DNA of 64,000 bases, taken from contig OZ024741.1 in assembly GCA_964016885.1 (NCBI GenBank), forward strand, positions 243,908,001 to 243,972,000, given 5' to 3'. This document shows positions 1 to 11,760 of the stretch, piece by piece (position 1 is the first letter of the stretch; the number at the start of each line of letters is the position of its first letter). Source of the DNA: Eledone cirrhosa. Taxonomy: Eukaryota. The notes under the pieces are model-generated. The model was given only the letters and a program-made list of their open reading frames with translations. It was not told the origin of the DNA and ran no database searches. Made by a program: the position numbers and the translations under genes.

Positions 1-3000
1 TGAAAATCACACCACACACAGCAAATTTGTGTCTACACAGGTACCAGTAATTACAGATCGATCCGACCACGGACGGCTGGCCCAGGATCGAAAAGGTAAC
101 TCCGGCGGCAAATTCGCATTTTTGTGATTCGTTTCTTCGAAGCACACCATTCGCTGGTGGACTTCAGCTTCCTCATTTAGCATGGGCAGCTTTTCTTGAA
201 AATCACACCACACACAGCCAATGAGTGTCTGCACATGTACCAGTAATTACAGATCGATCCGACCACGGGCGGCCGGCCCACGATCGAAAAGGTAACTCCG
301 CCGGCAAATTCGCATTTTTGTGATTCGTTTCTTCGAAGCACACCATTAGCCGCCGGACTTCAGCTTCCTCATTTAGCATGGGCAGCTTTTCTTGAAAATC
401 ACACCACACACAGCAAATGTGTGTCTGCACATGTACCAGTACGTACAGATCGATCCGACCACGGGCGGCAGGCCCACATTCGAAAAGGTTACTCCGCCTG
501 CAAATCGTCATTTTCGGATTCGTTTTCTTCGAAGCACACCATTCGCCGGCGGACTTCAGCTGCCTCATTTAGCATGGGCAGCTTTTCTTGAAAATCACAC
601 CTCACACAGCAAATGTGTCTTTGCACATGTACTAGTAATTACAGATCGATCCGACCACGGGCAACCGGCCCACGATCGAAAAGGTAACTCCGGCGGCAAA
701 TTCGCATTTTTGTGATTCGTTTCTTCGAAGCACACCATTCGCCGCCGGACTTCAGAGTCCTCATTTAGCATGGGCAGCTTTTCTTGAAAATCACACCACA
801 CTCAGCAAATGTGGGTCTGCACATGTACCAGTAATTACAGATCGATCCGACCACGGGCGGCCTGCCCACGATCGAAAAGGTAACTCCGCCGGCAAATTCG
901 CATTTTTGTGATTCGTTTCTTCGAAGCACACCATTCGCTGGTGGACTTCAGCTTCCTCATTTAGCATGGGCAGCTTTTCTTGAAAATCACACCACTCACA
1001 GACTATGAGTGTCTGCACATGTACCACTAATTACAGATCGATACGACCACGGGCGGCCTGCCCACGATCGAAAAGGTAACTCCGCCGGCAAATCCGCATT
1101 TTTGTGATTCGTTTCTTCGAAGCACACCATTCGCCGCCGGACTTCAGCTTCCTCATTTAGCATGGGCAGCTTTTCTTAAAAATCACACCACACTCAGCAA
1201 ATGTGTGTCTGCACATGTACCAGTAATTACAGATCGATCCGACCACGGGCGGCCTGCCCACGATCGAAAAGGTAACTCCGCCGGCAAATTCGCATTTTTG
1301 TGATTCGTTTCTTCGAAGCACACCATTCGCTGGTGGACTTCAGCTTCCTCATTTAACATGGGCAGCTTTTCTTGAAAATCACACCACACTTAGCAAATTT
1401 GTGTCTGCACATGTACCAGTAATTACAGATCGATCCGCCCACGGGCGGCCGGCTCACGATCGAAAATGTAACTCCGCCGGCAAATTCGCATTTTTGTGAT
1501 TCATTTCTTCGAAGCACACCATTCGCTGGTGGACTTCAGCTTCCTCATTTAGCATGGGCAGCTTTTCTTGAAAATCACACCACACACAGCCAATGAGTGT
1601 CTGCACATGTACCAGTAATTACAGATCGATCCGACCACGGGCGGCCGGCCCACGATCGAAAAGGTAACTCCGGCGGCAAATTCGCATTTTTGTGATTCGT
1701 TTCTTCGAAGCACACCATTCGCCGCCGGACTTCAGAGTCCTCATTTAGCATGGGCAGCTTTTCTTGAAAATCACACCACACTCAGCAAATGTGTGTCTGC
1801 ACATGTACCAGTACGTACAGATCGATCCGACCACGGGCGGCAGGCCCACATTCGAAAAGGTTACTCCGCCTGCAAATCGTCATTTTCGGATTCGTTTTCT
1901 TCGAAGCACACCATTCGCCGGCGGACTTCAGCTGCCTCATTTAGCATGGGCAGCTTTTCTTGAAAATCACACCTCACACAGCAAATGTGTCTCTGCACAT
2001 GTACTAGTAATTACAGATCGATCCGACCACGGGCAACCGGCCCACGATCGAAAAGGTAACTCCGGCGGCAAATTCGCATTTTTGTGATTCGTTTCTTCGA
2101 AGCACACCATTCGCCGCCGGACTTCAGCTTCCTCATTTAGCATGGGCAGCTTTTCTTGAAAATCACACCACACTCAGCAAATCTGTGTCTGCACATGTAC
2201 CAGTAATTACAGATCGATCCGACCACGGGCGGCCTGCCCACGATCGAAAAGGTAACCCCGCCGGCAAATTCGCATTTTTGCGATTCGTTTCTTCGAAGCA
2301 CACCATTCGCTGGTGGACTTCAGCTTCCTCATTTAACATGGGCAGCTTTTCTTGAAAATCACACCACACTCAGCAAATGTGTGTCTGCACATGTACCAGT
2401 AATTACAGATCGATCCGCCCATGGGCGGCCGGCCCACGATCGAAAATGTAACTCCGCCGGCAAATTCGCATTTTTGTGATTCGTTTCTTCGAAGCACACC
2501 ATTTGCTGGTGGACTTCAGCTTCCTCATTTAGCGTGGGCAGCTTTTCTTGAAAATCACACCACTCACAGACAATGAGTCTCTGCACATGTACCACTAATT
2601 ACAGATCGATACGACCACGGGCGGCCTGCCCACCATCGAAAAGGTAACTCCGCCGGCAAATCCGCATTTTTGTGATTCGTTTCTTCGAAGCACACCATTC
2701 GCCGCCGGACTTCAGCTTCCTCATTTAGCATGGGCAGCTTTTCTTGAAAATCACACCACACACAGCAAATGTGTGTCTACACAGGTACCAGTAATTACAG
2801 ATCGATCCGACCACCGCCGGCTGGCCCAGGATCGAAAAGGTAACTCCGGCGGCAAATTCGCATTTTTGTGATTCATTTCTTCGAAGCACACCATTCGCTG
2901 GTGGACTTCAGCTTCCTCATTTAGCATGGGCAGCTTTTCTTGAAAATCACACCACACACAGCCAATGAGTGACTGCACATGTACCAGTAATTACAGATCG

Positions 3001-5720
3001 ATCCGACTACGGGCGGCCTGCCTACGATCGAAAAGGTAACTCCGCCGGCAAATTCGCATTTTTGTGATTCGTTTCTTCGAAGCACACCATTCGCCGCCGG
3101 ACTTCAGCTTCCTCATTTAGCATGGGCAGCTTTTCTTGAAAATCACACCACACACAGCAAATGTGTGTCTGCACAGGTACCAGTAATTACAGATCGATCC
3201 GACCACGGACGGCTGGCCCACGATCGAAAAGGTAACTCCGCCGGCAAATCCTAATTTTTGTGATTCGTTTCTTCGAAGCACACCATTCGCCGCCGGACTT
3301 CAGCTTCCTCATTTAGCATGGGCAGCTTTTCTTGAAAATCACACCACTCACAGCCAATGAGTCTCTGCACAGGTACCACTAATTACAGATCGATACGACC
3401 AGGGGCGGCCGGCCCACGATCGAAAATGTAACTCCGCCGGCAAATTCGCATTTTTGTGATTCGTTTCTTCGAAGCACACCATTCGCTGGTGGACTTCAGC
3501 TTCCTCATTTAGCATGGGCAGCGTTTCTTGAAAATCACACCACTCACAGACTATGAGTGTCTGCACATGTACCACTAATTACAGATCGATACGACCACGG
3601 GCGGCCTGCCCACGATCGAAAAGGTAACTCCGCCGGCAAATCCGCATTTTTGTGATTCGTTTCTTCGAAGCACACCATTCGCCGCCGGACTTCAGCTTCC
3701 TCATTTAGCATGGGCAGCTTTTCTTAAAAATCACACCACACTCAGAAAATGTGTGTCTGCACATGTACCAGTAATTACAGATCGATCCGACCACGGGCGG
3801 CCTGCCCACGATCGAAAAGGTAACTCCGCCGGCAAATTCGCATTTTTGTGATTCGTTTCTTCGAAGGACACCATTCGCTGGTGGACTTCAGCTTCCTCAT
3901 TTAACATGGGCAGCTTTTCTTGAAAATCACACCACACTCAGCAAATGTGTGTCTGCACATGTACCAGTAATTACAGATCGATCCGCCCACGGGCGGCCGG
4001 GCCACGATCGAAAATGTAACTCCGCCGGCAAATTCGCATTTTTGTGATTCATTTCTTCGAAGCACACCATTCGCTGGTGGACTTCAGCTTCCTCATTTAG
4101 CATGGGCAGCTTTTCTTGAAAATCACACCACACACAGCAAATTTGTGTCTACACAGGTACCAGTAATTACAGATCGATCCGACCACGGACGGCTGGCCCA
4201 GGATCGAAAAGGTAACTCCGGCGGCAAATTCGCATTTTTGTGATTCGTTTCTTCGAAGCACACCATTCGCTGGTGGACTTCAGCTTCCTCATTTAGCATG
4301 GGCAGCTTTTCTTGAAAATCACACCACACACAGCCAATGAGTGTCTGCACATGTACCAGTAATTACAGATCGATCCGACCACGGGCGGCCGGCCCACGAT
4401 CGAAAAGGTAACTCCGCCGGCAAATTCGCATTTTTGTGATTCGTTTCTTCGAAGCACACCATTAGCCGCCGGACTTCAGCTTCCTCATTTAGCATGGGCA
4501 GCTTTTCTTGAAAATCACACCACACACAGCAAATGTGTGTCTGCACATGTACCAGTACGTACAGATCGATCCGACCACGGGCGGCAGGCCCACATTCGAA
4601 AAGGTTACTCCGCCTGCAAATCGTCATTTTCGGATTCGTTTTCTTCGAAGCACACCATTCGCCGGCGGACTTCAGCTGCCTCATTTAGCATGGGCAGCTT
4701 TTCTTGAAAATCACACCTCACACAGCAAATGTGTCTTTGCACATGTACTAGTAATTACAGATCGATCCGACCACGGGCAACCGGCCCACGATCGAAAAGG
4801 TAACTCCGGCGGCAAATTCGCATTTTTGTGATTCGTTTCTTCGAAGCACACCATTCGCCGCCGGACTTCAGAGTCCTCATTTAGCATGGGCAGCTTTTCT
4901 TGAAAATCACACCACACTCAGCAAATGTGGGTCTGCACATGTACCAGTAATTACAGATCGATCCGACCACGGGCGGCCTGCCCACGATCGAAAAGGTAAC
5001 TCCGCCGGCAAATTCGCATTTTTGTGATTCGTTTCTTCGAAGCACACCATTCGCTGGTGGACTTCAGCTTCCTCATTTAGCATGGGCAGCTTTTCTTGAA
5101 AATCACACCACTCACAGACTATGAGTGTCTGCACATGTACCACTAATTACAGATCGATACGACCACGGGCGGCCTGCCCACGATCGAAAAGGTAACTCCG
5201 CCGGCAAATCCGCATTTTTGTGATTCGTTTCTTCGAAGCACACCATTCGCCGCCGGACTTCAGCTTCCTCATTTAGCATGGGCAGCTTTTCTTAAAAATC
5301 ACACCACACTCAGCAAATGTGTGTCTGCACATGTACCAGTAATTACAGATCGATCCGACCACGGGCGGCCTGCCCACGATCGAAAAGGTAACTCCGCCGG
5401 CAAATTCGCATTTTTGTGATTCGTTTCTTCGAAGCACACCATTCGCTGGTGGACTTCAGCTTCCTCATTTAACATGGGCAGCTTTTCTTGAAAATCACAC
5501 CACACTTAGCAAATGTGTGTCTGCACATGTACCAGTAATTACAGATCGATCCGCCCACGGGCGGCCGGCTCACGATCGAAAATGTAACTCCGCCGGCAAA
5601 TTCGCATTTTTGTGATTCATTTCTTCGAAGCACACCATTCGCTGGTGGACTTCAGCTTCCTCATTTAGCATGGGCAGCTTTTCTTGAAAATCACACCACA
5701 CACAGCCAATGAGTGTCTGC
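1..5720 (+). repeat. Block repeat with 4,116-bp (21-monomer) offset: about 1-1600 is repeated at about 4117-5720
   Basis: Shared rare variants at a constant offset: GCAAATTTGTGTCTAC (21/4137), CCATTAGCC, TCTTTGC, CAGAGTCC, GTGGGTCTG, CACTTAGC and GGCTCACG. ORF pairs 7/4123, 203/4319, 595/4711, 791/4907 and 1183/5299. Confidence 0.85.
393..588 (+). repeat. Divergent monomer type 'D' (first of 17 copies)
   Basis: Diagnostic sites are GTACGTAC, CACATTCGAAAAGGTTACTCCGCCTGCAAATCGTCATTTTCGGATTCGTTTTCTTCG and CGCCGGCGGACTTCAGCTGCC. Copies start at 393, 1765, 4509, 5881, 6273, 8233, 10193, 13721, 17445, 20777, 25872, 29400, 32732, 55419, 57183, 60907 and 62867, matching every + strand ORF in the track. 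Confidence 0.93.
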
Positions 5721-6468
5721 ACATGTACCAGTAATTACAGATCGATCCGACCACGGGCGGCCGGCCCACGATCGAAAAGGTAACTCCGCCGGCAAATTCG
5801 CATTTTTGTGATTCGTTTCTTCGAAGCACACCATTAGCCGCCGGACTTCAGCTTCCTCATTTAGCATGGGCAGCTTTTCTTGAAAATCACACCACACACA
5901 GCAAATGTGTGTCTGCACATGTACCAGTACGTACAGATCGATCCGACCACGGGCGGCAGGCCCACATTCGAAAAGGTTACTCCGCCTGCAAATCGTCATT
6001 TTCGGATTCGTTTTCTTCGAAGCACACCATTCGCCGGCGGACTTCAGCTGCCTCATTTAGCATGGGCAGCTTTTCTTGAAAATCACACCACACACAGCCA
6101 ATGAGTGTCTGCACATGTACCAGTAATTACAGATCGATCCGACCACGGGCGGCCGGCCCACGATCGAAAAGGTAACTCCGCCGGCAAATTCGCATTTTTG
6201 TGATTCGTTTCTTCGAAGCACACCATTAGCCGCCGGACTTCAGCTTCCTCATTTAGCATGGGCAGCTTTTCTTGAAAATCACACCACACACAGCAAATGT
6301 GTGTCTGCACATGTACCAGTACGTACAGATCGATCCGACCACGGGCGGCAGGCCCACATTCGAAAAGGTTACTCCGCCTGCAAATCGTCATTTTCGGATT
6401 CGTTTTCTTCGAAGCACACCATTCGCCGGCGGACTTCAGCTGCCTCATTTAGCATGGGCAGCTTTTCT
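5685..6468 (+). repeat. Tandem duplication of a 392-bp dimer (CCATTAGCC monomer plus D monomer)
   Basis: 5685-6076 and 6077-6468 carry the same variants. Identical 121-aa ORFs at 5691 and 6083. Confidence 0.88.
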
Positions 6469-9400
6469 TGAAAATCACACCTCACACAGCAAATGTGTCT
6501 CTGCACATGTACTAGTAATTACAGATCGATCCGACCACGGGCAACCGGCCCACGATCGAAAAGGTAACTCCGGCGGCAAATTCGCATTTTTGTGATTCGT
6601 TTCTTCGAAGCACACCATTCGCCGCCGGACTTCAGCTTCCTCATTTAGCATGGGCAGCTTTTCTTGAAAATCACACCACACTCAGCAAATGTGTGTCTGC
6701 ACATGTACCAGTAATTACAGATCGATCCGACCACGGGCGGCCTGCCCACGATCGAAAAGGTAACCCCGCCGGCAAATTCGCATTTTTGTGATTCGTTTCT
6801 TCGAAGCACACCATTTGCTGGTGGACTTCAGCTTCCTCATTTAGCGTGGGCAGCTTTTCTTGAAAATCACACCACTCACAGACAATGAGTCTCTGCACAT
6901 GTACCACTAATTACAGATCGATACGACCACGGGCGGCCTGCCCACCATCGAAAAGGTAACTCCGCCGGCAAATCCGCATTTTTGTGATTCGTTTCTTCGA
7001 AGCACACCATTCGCCGCCGGACTTCAGCTTCCTCATTTAGCATGGGCAGCTTTTCTTGAAAATCACACCACTCACAGCCAATGAGTCTCTGCACAGGTAC
7101 CACTAATTACAGATCGATACGACCAGGGGCGGCCTGCCCACGATCGAAAAGGTAACTCCAGCGGCAAATTCGCATTTTTGTGATTCATTTCTTCGAAGCA
7201 CACCATTCGCTGGTGGACTTCAGCTTCCTCATTTAGCATGGGCAGCTTTTCTTGAAAATCACACCACACACAGCAAATGTGTGTCTACACAGGTACCAGT
7301 AATTACAGATCGATCCGACCACCGCCGGCTGGCCCAGGATCGAAAAGGTAACTCCGGCGGCAAATTCGCATTTTTGTGATTCATTTCTTCGAAGCACACC
7401 ATTCGCTGGTGGACTTCAGCTTCCACATTTAGCATGGGCAGCTTTTCTTGAAAATCACACCACACACAGCCAATGAGTGACTGCACATGTACCAGTAATT
7501 ACAGATCGATCCGACTACGGGCGGCCTGCCTACGATCGAAAAGGTAACTCCGCCGGCAAATTCGCATTTTTGTGATTCGTTTCTTCGAAGCACACCATTC
7601 GCCGCCGGACTTCAGCTTCCTCATTTAGCATGGGCAGCTTTTCTTGAAAATCACACCACACACAGCAAATGAGTCTCTGCACAGGTACCACTAATTACAG
7701 ATCGATACGACCAGGGGCGGCCTGCCCACGATCGAAAAGGTAACTCCGCCGGCAAATCCGCATTTTTGTGATTCGTTTCTTCGAAGCACACCATTCGCCG
7801 CCGGACTTCAGCTTCCTCATTTAGCAGGGGCAGCTTTTCTTAAAAATCACACCACACTCAGCAAATGTGTGTCTGCACATGTACCAGTAATTACAGATCG
7901 ATCCGCCCACGGGCGGCCGGCCCACGATCGAAAATGTAACTCCGCCGGCAAATTCGCATTTTTGTGATTCGTTTCTTCGAAGCACACCATTCGCTGGTGG
8001 ACTTCAGCTTCCTCATTTAGCATGGGCAGCTTTTCTTGAAAATCACACCACACTCAGCAAATGTGTGTCTGCACCTGAACCAGTAATTACAGATCGATCC
8101 GACCACGGGCGGCCTGCCCACGATCGAAAAGGTAACTCCGCCGGCAAATTCGCATTTTTGTGATTCGTTTCTTCGAAGCACACCATTCGCCGCCGGACTT
8201 CAGCTTCCTCATTTAGCATGGGCAGCTTTTCTTGAAAATCACACCACACACAGCAAATGTGTGTCTGCACATGTACCAGTACGTACAGATCGATCCGACC
8301 ACGGGCGGCCGGCCCACATTCGAAAAGGTTACTCCGCCTGCAAATCGTCATTTTCGGATTCGTTTTCTTCGAAGCACACCATTCGCCGGCGGACTTCAGC
8401 TGCCTCATTTAGCATGGGCAGCTTTTCTTGAAAATCACACCACACACAGCAAATGTGTCTCTGCACATGTACTAGTAATTACAGATCGATCCGACCACGG
8501 GCCACCGGCCCACGATCGAAAAGGTAACTCCGGCGGCAAATTCGCATTTTTGTTATTCATTTCTTCGAAGCACACCATTCGCTGGTGGACTTCAGCTTCC
8601 TCATTTAGCATGGGCAGCTTTTCTTGAAAATCACACCACACACAGCAAATGTGTGTCTGCACAGGTACCAGTAATTACAGATCGATCCGACCACGGACGG
8701 CTGGCCCACGATCGAAAAGGTAACTCCGCCGGCAAATCCTAATTTTTGTGATTCGTTTCTTCGAAGCACACCATTCGCCGCCGGACTTCAGCTTCCTCAT
8801 TTAGCATGGGCAGCTTTTCTTGAAAATCACACCACACACAGCCAATGAGTGACTGCACATGTACCAGTAATTACAGATCGATCCGACTACGGGCGGCCTG
8901 CCTACGATCGAAAAGGTAACTCCGCCGGCAAATTCGCATTTTTGTGATTCGTTTCTTCGAAGCACTTCATTCGCTGGTGGACTTCAGCTTCCTCATTTAA
9001 CATGGGCAGCTTTTCTTGAAAATCACACCACACTCAGCAAATGTGTGTCTGCACATGTACCAGTAATTACAGATCGATCCGCCCTCGGGCGGCCGGCCCA
9101 CGATCGAAAATGTAACTCCGCCGGCAAATTCGCATTTTTGTGATTCATTTCTTCGAAGCACACCATTCGATGGTGGACTTCAGCTTCCTCATTTAGCAGG
9201 GGCAGCTTTTCTTAAAAATCACACCACACTCAGCAAATGTGTGTCTGCACATGTACCAGTAATTACAGATCGATCCGACCACGGGCGGCCTGCCCACGAT
9301 CGAAAAGGTAACTCCGCCGGCAAATCCTAATTTTTGTGATTCGTTTCTTCGAAGCACACCATTCGCTGGTGGACTTCAGCTGCCTCATTTAACATGGGCA

Positions 9401-11760
9401 GCTTTTCTTGAAAATCACACCACACTCAGCAAATGTGTGTCTGCACATGTACCAGTAATTACAGATCGATCCGCCCACGGGCGGCCGGCCCACGATCGAA
9501 AATGTAACTCCGCCGGCAAATTCGCATTTTTGTGATTCGTTTCTTCGAAGCACACCATTCGCTGGTGGACTTCAGCTTCCTCATTTAGCATGGGCAGCTT
9601 TTCTTGAAAATCACACCACTCACAGACTATGAGTCTCTGCACATGTACCAGTAATTACAGATCGATCCGACCACGGGCGGCCTGCCCACGATCGAAAAGG
9701 TAACTCCGCCGGCAAATTCGCATTTTTGTGATTCGTTTCTTCGAAGCACACCATTCGCTGGTGGACTTCAGTTTCCTCATTTAACATGGGCAGCTTTTCT
9801 TGAAAATCACACCACACTCAGCAAATGTGTGTCTGCACATGTACCAGTAATTACAGATCGATCCGCCCACGGGCGGCCGGCCCACGATCGAAAATGTAAC
9901 TCCGCCGGCAAATTCGCATTTTTGTGATTCGTTTCTTCGAAGCACACCATTCGCTGGTGGACTTCAGCTTCCTCATTTAGCATGGGCAGCTTTTCTTGAA
10001 AATCACACCACACACAGCAAATGTGTGTCTACACAGGTACCAGTAATTACAGATCGATCCGACCACGGACGGCTGGCCCAGGATCGAAAAGGTAACTCCG
10101 GCGGCAAATTCGCATTTTTGTGATTCGTTTCTTCGAAGCACACCATTCGCTGGTGGACTTCAGCTTCCTCATTTAGCATGGGCAGCTTTTCTTGAAAATC
10201 ACACCACACACAGCAAATGTGTGTCTGCACATGTACCAGTACGTACAGATCGATCCGACCACGGGCGGCCGGCCCACATTCGAAAAGGTTACTCCGCCTG
10301 CAAATCGTCATTTTCGGATTCGTTTTCTTCGAAGCACACCATTCGCCGGCGGACTTCAGCTGCCTCATTTAGCATGGGCAGCTTTTTTTGAAAATCACAC
10401 CACACACAGCAAATGTGTCTCTGCACATGTACTAGTAATTACAGATCGATCCGACCACGGGCCACCGGCCCACGATCGAAAAGGTAACTCCGGCGGCAAA
10501 TTAGCATTTTTGTGATTCATTTCTTCGAAGCACACCATTCGCTGGTGGACTTCAGCTTCCTCATTTAGCATGGGCAGCTTTTCTTGAAAATCACACCACA
10601 CACAGCAAATGTGTGTCTGCACAGGTACCAGTAATTACAGATCGATCCGACCACGGACGGCTGGCCCACGATCGAAAAGGTAACTCCGCCGGCAAATCCT
10701 AATTTTTGTGATTCGTTTCTTCGAAGCACACCATTCGCCGCCGGACTTCAGCTGCCTCATTTAGCATGGGCAGCTTTTCTTGAAAATCACACCACTCACA
10801 GCCAATGAGTCTCTGCACAGGTACCACTAATTACAGATCGATACGACCAGGGGCGGCCTGCCCACGATCGAAAAGGTAACTCCGCCGGCAAATCCGCATT
10901 TTTGTGATTCGTTTCTTCGAAGCACACCATTCGCCGCCGGACTTCAGCTTCCTCATTTAGCAGGGGCAGCTTTTCTTAAAAATCACACCACACTCAGCAA
11001 ATGTGTGTCTGCACATGTACCAGTAATTACAGATCGATCCGACCACGGGCGGCCTGCCCACGATCGAAAAGGTAACTCCGCCGGCAAATTCGCATTTTTG
11101 TGATTCGTTTCTTCGAAGCACACCATTCGCTGGTGGACTTCAGCTTCCTCATTTAACATGGGCAGCTTTTCTTGAACATCACACCAGACTCAGCAAATGT
11201 GTGTCTGCACATGTACCAGTAATTACAGATCGATCCGACCACGGACGGCTGGCCCAGGATCGAAAAGGTAACTCCGGCGGCAAATTCGCATTTTTGTGAT
11301 TCGTTTCTTCGAAGCACACCATTCGCTGGTGGACTTCAGCTTCCTCATTTAGCATGGGCAGCTTTTCTTGAAAATCACACCACACACAGCAAATGTGTGT
11401 CTGCACAGGTACCAGTAATTACAGATCGATCCGACCACGGACGGCTGGCCCACGATCGAAAAGGTAACTCCGCCGGCAAATCCTAATTTTTGTGATTCGT
11501 TTCTTCGAAGCACACCATTCGCCGCCGGACTTCAGCTTCCTCATTTAGCATGGGCAGCTTTTCTTGAAAATCACACCACACACAGCCAATGAGTGACTGC
11601 ACATGTACCAGTAATTACAGATCGATCCGACAACGGGCGGCCTGCCTACGATCGAAAAGGTAACTCCGCCGGCAAATTCGCATTTTTGTGATTCGTTTCT
11701 TCGAAGCACACCATTCGCCGCCGGACTTCAGCTTCCTCATTTAGCAGGGGCAGCTTTTCT

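Noticed and set aside
56-64. GATCGATCC fits the Pol III B-box pattern GWTCRANNC, suggesting a tRNA, SINE or 5S origin
   Set aside because: It is a short degenerate match with no convincing A box at proper spacing, no cloverleaf, and no similarity to 5S rRNA that I can recognise.
110-160. CENP-B box (TTCGNNNNANNCGGG)
   Set aside because: There are several TTCG starts, but none is followed by the A and CGGG at the required spacing on either strand.
1-196. Identity with the 195-bp Trypanosoma cruzi satellite or other known satellites of similar length
   Set aside because: Only the length is similar. I see no sequence match from memory, so no family or organism is assigned without a database search.
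133-202. TTCnnGAA / TTCnnnGAA motifs resembling HSF or STAT sites
   Set aside because: These are isolated short motifs that overlap palindromes already noted. There is no three-unit heat-shock element and no evidence of function.
1125-1150. Hammerhead-like string on the minus strand (CTGAAGTCCGGCGGCGAAT), noted because some satellites encode hammerhead ribozymes
   Set aside because: It lacks the required CUGANGA and GAAA cores, and I could not build stems I and III. An Infernal/Rfam search would settle it.
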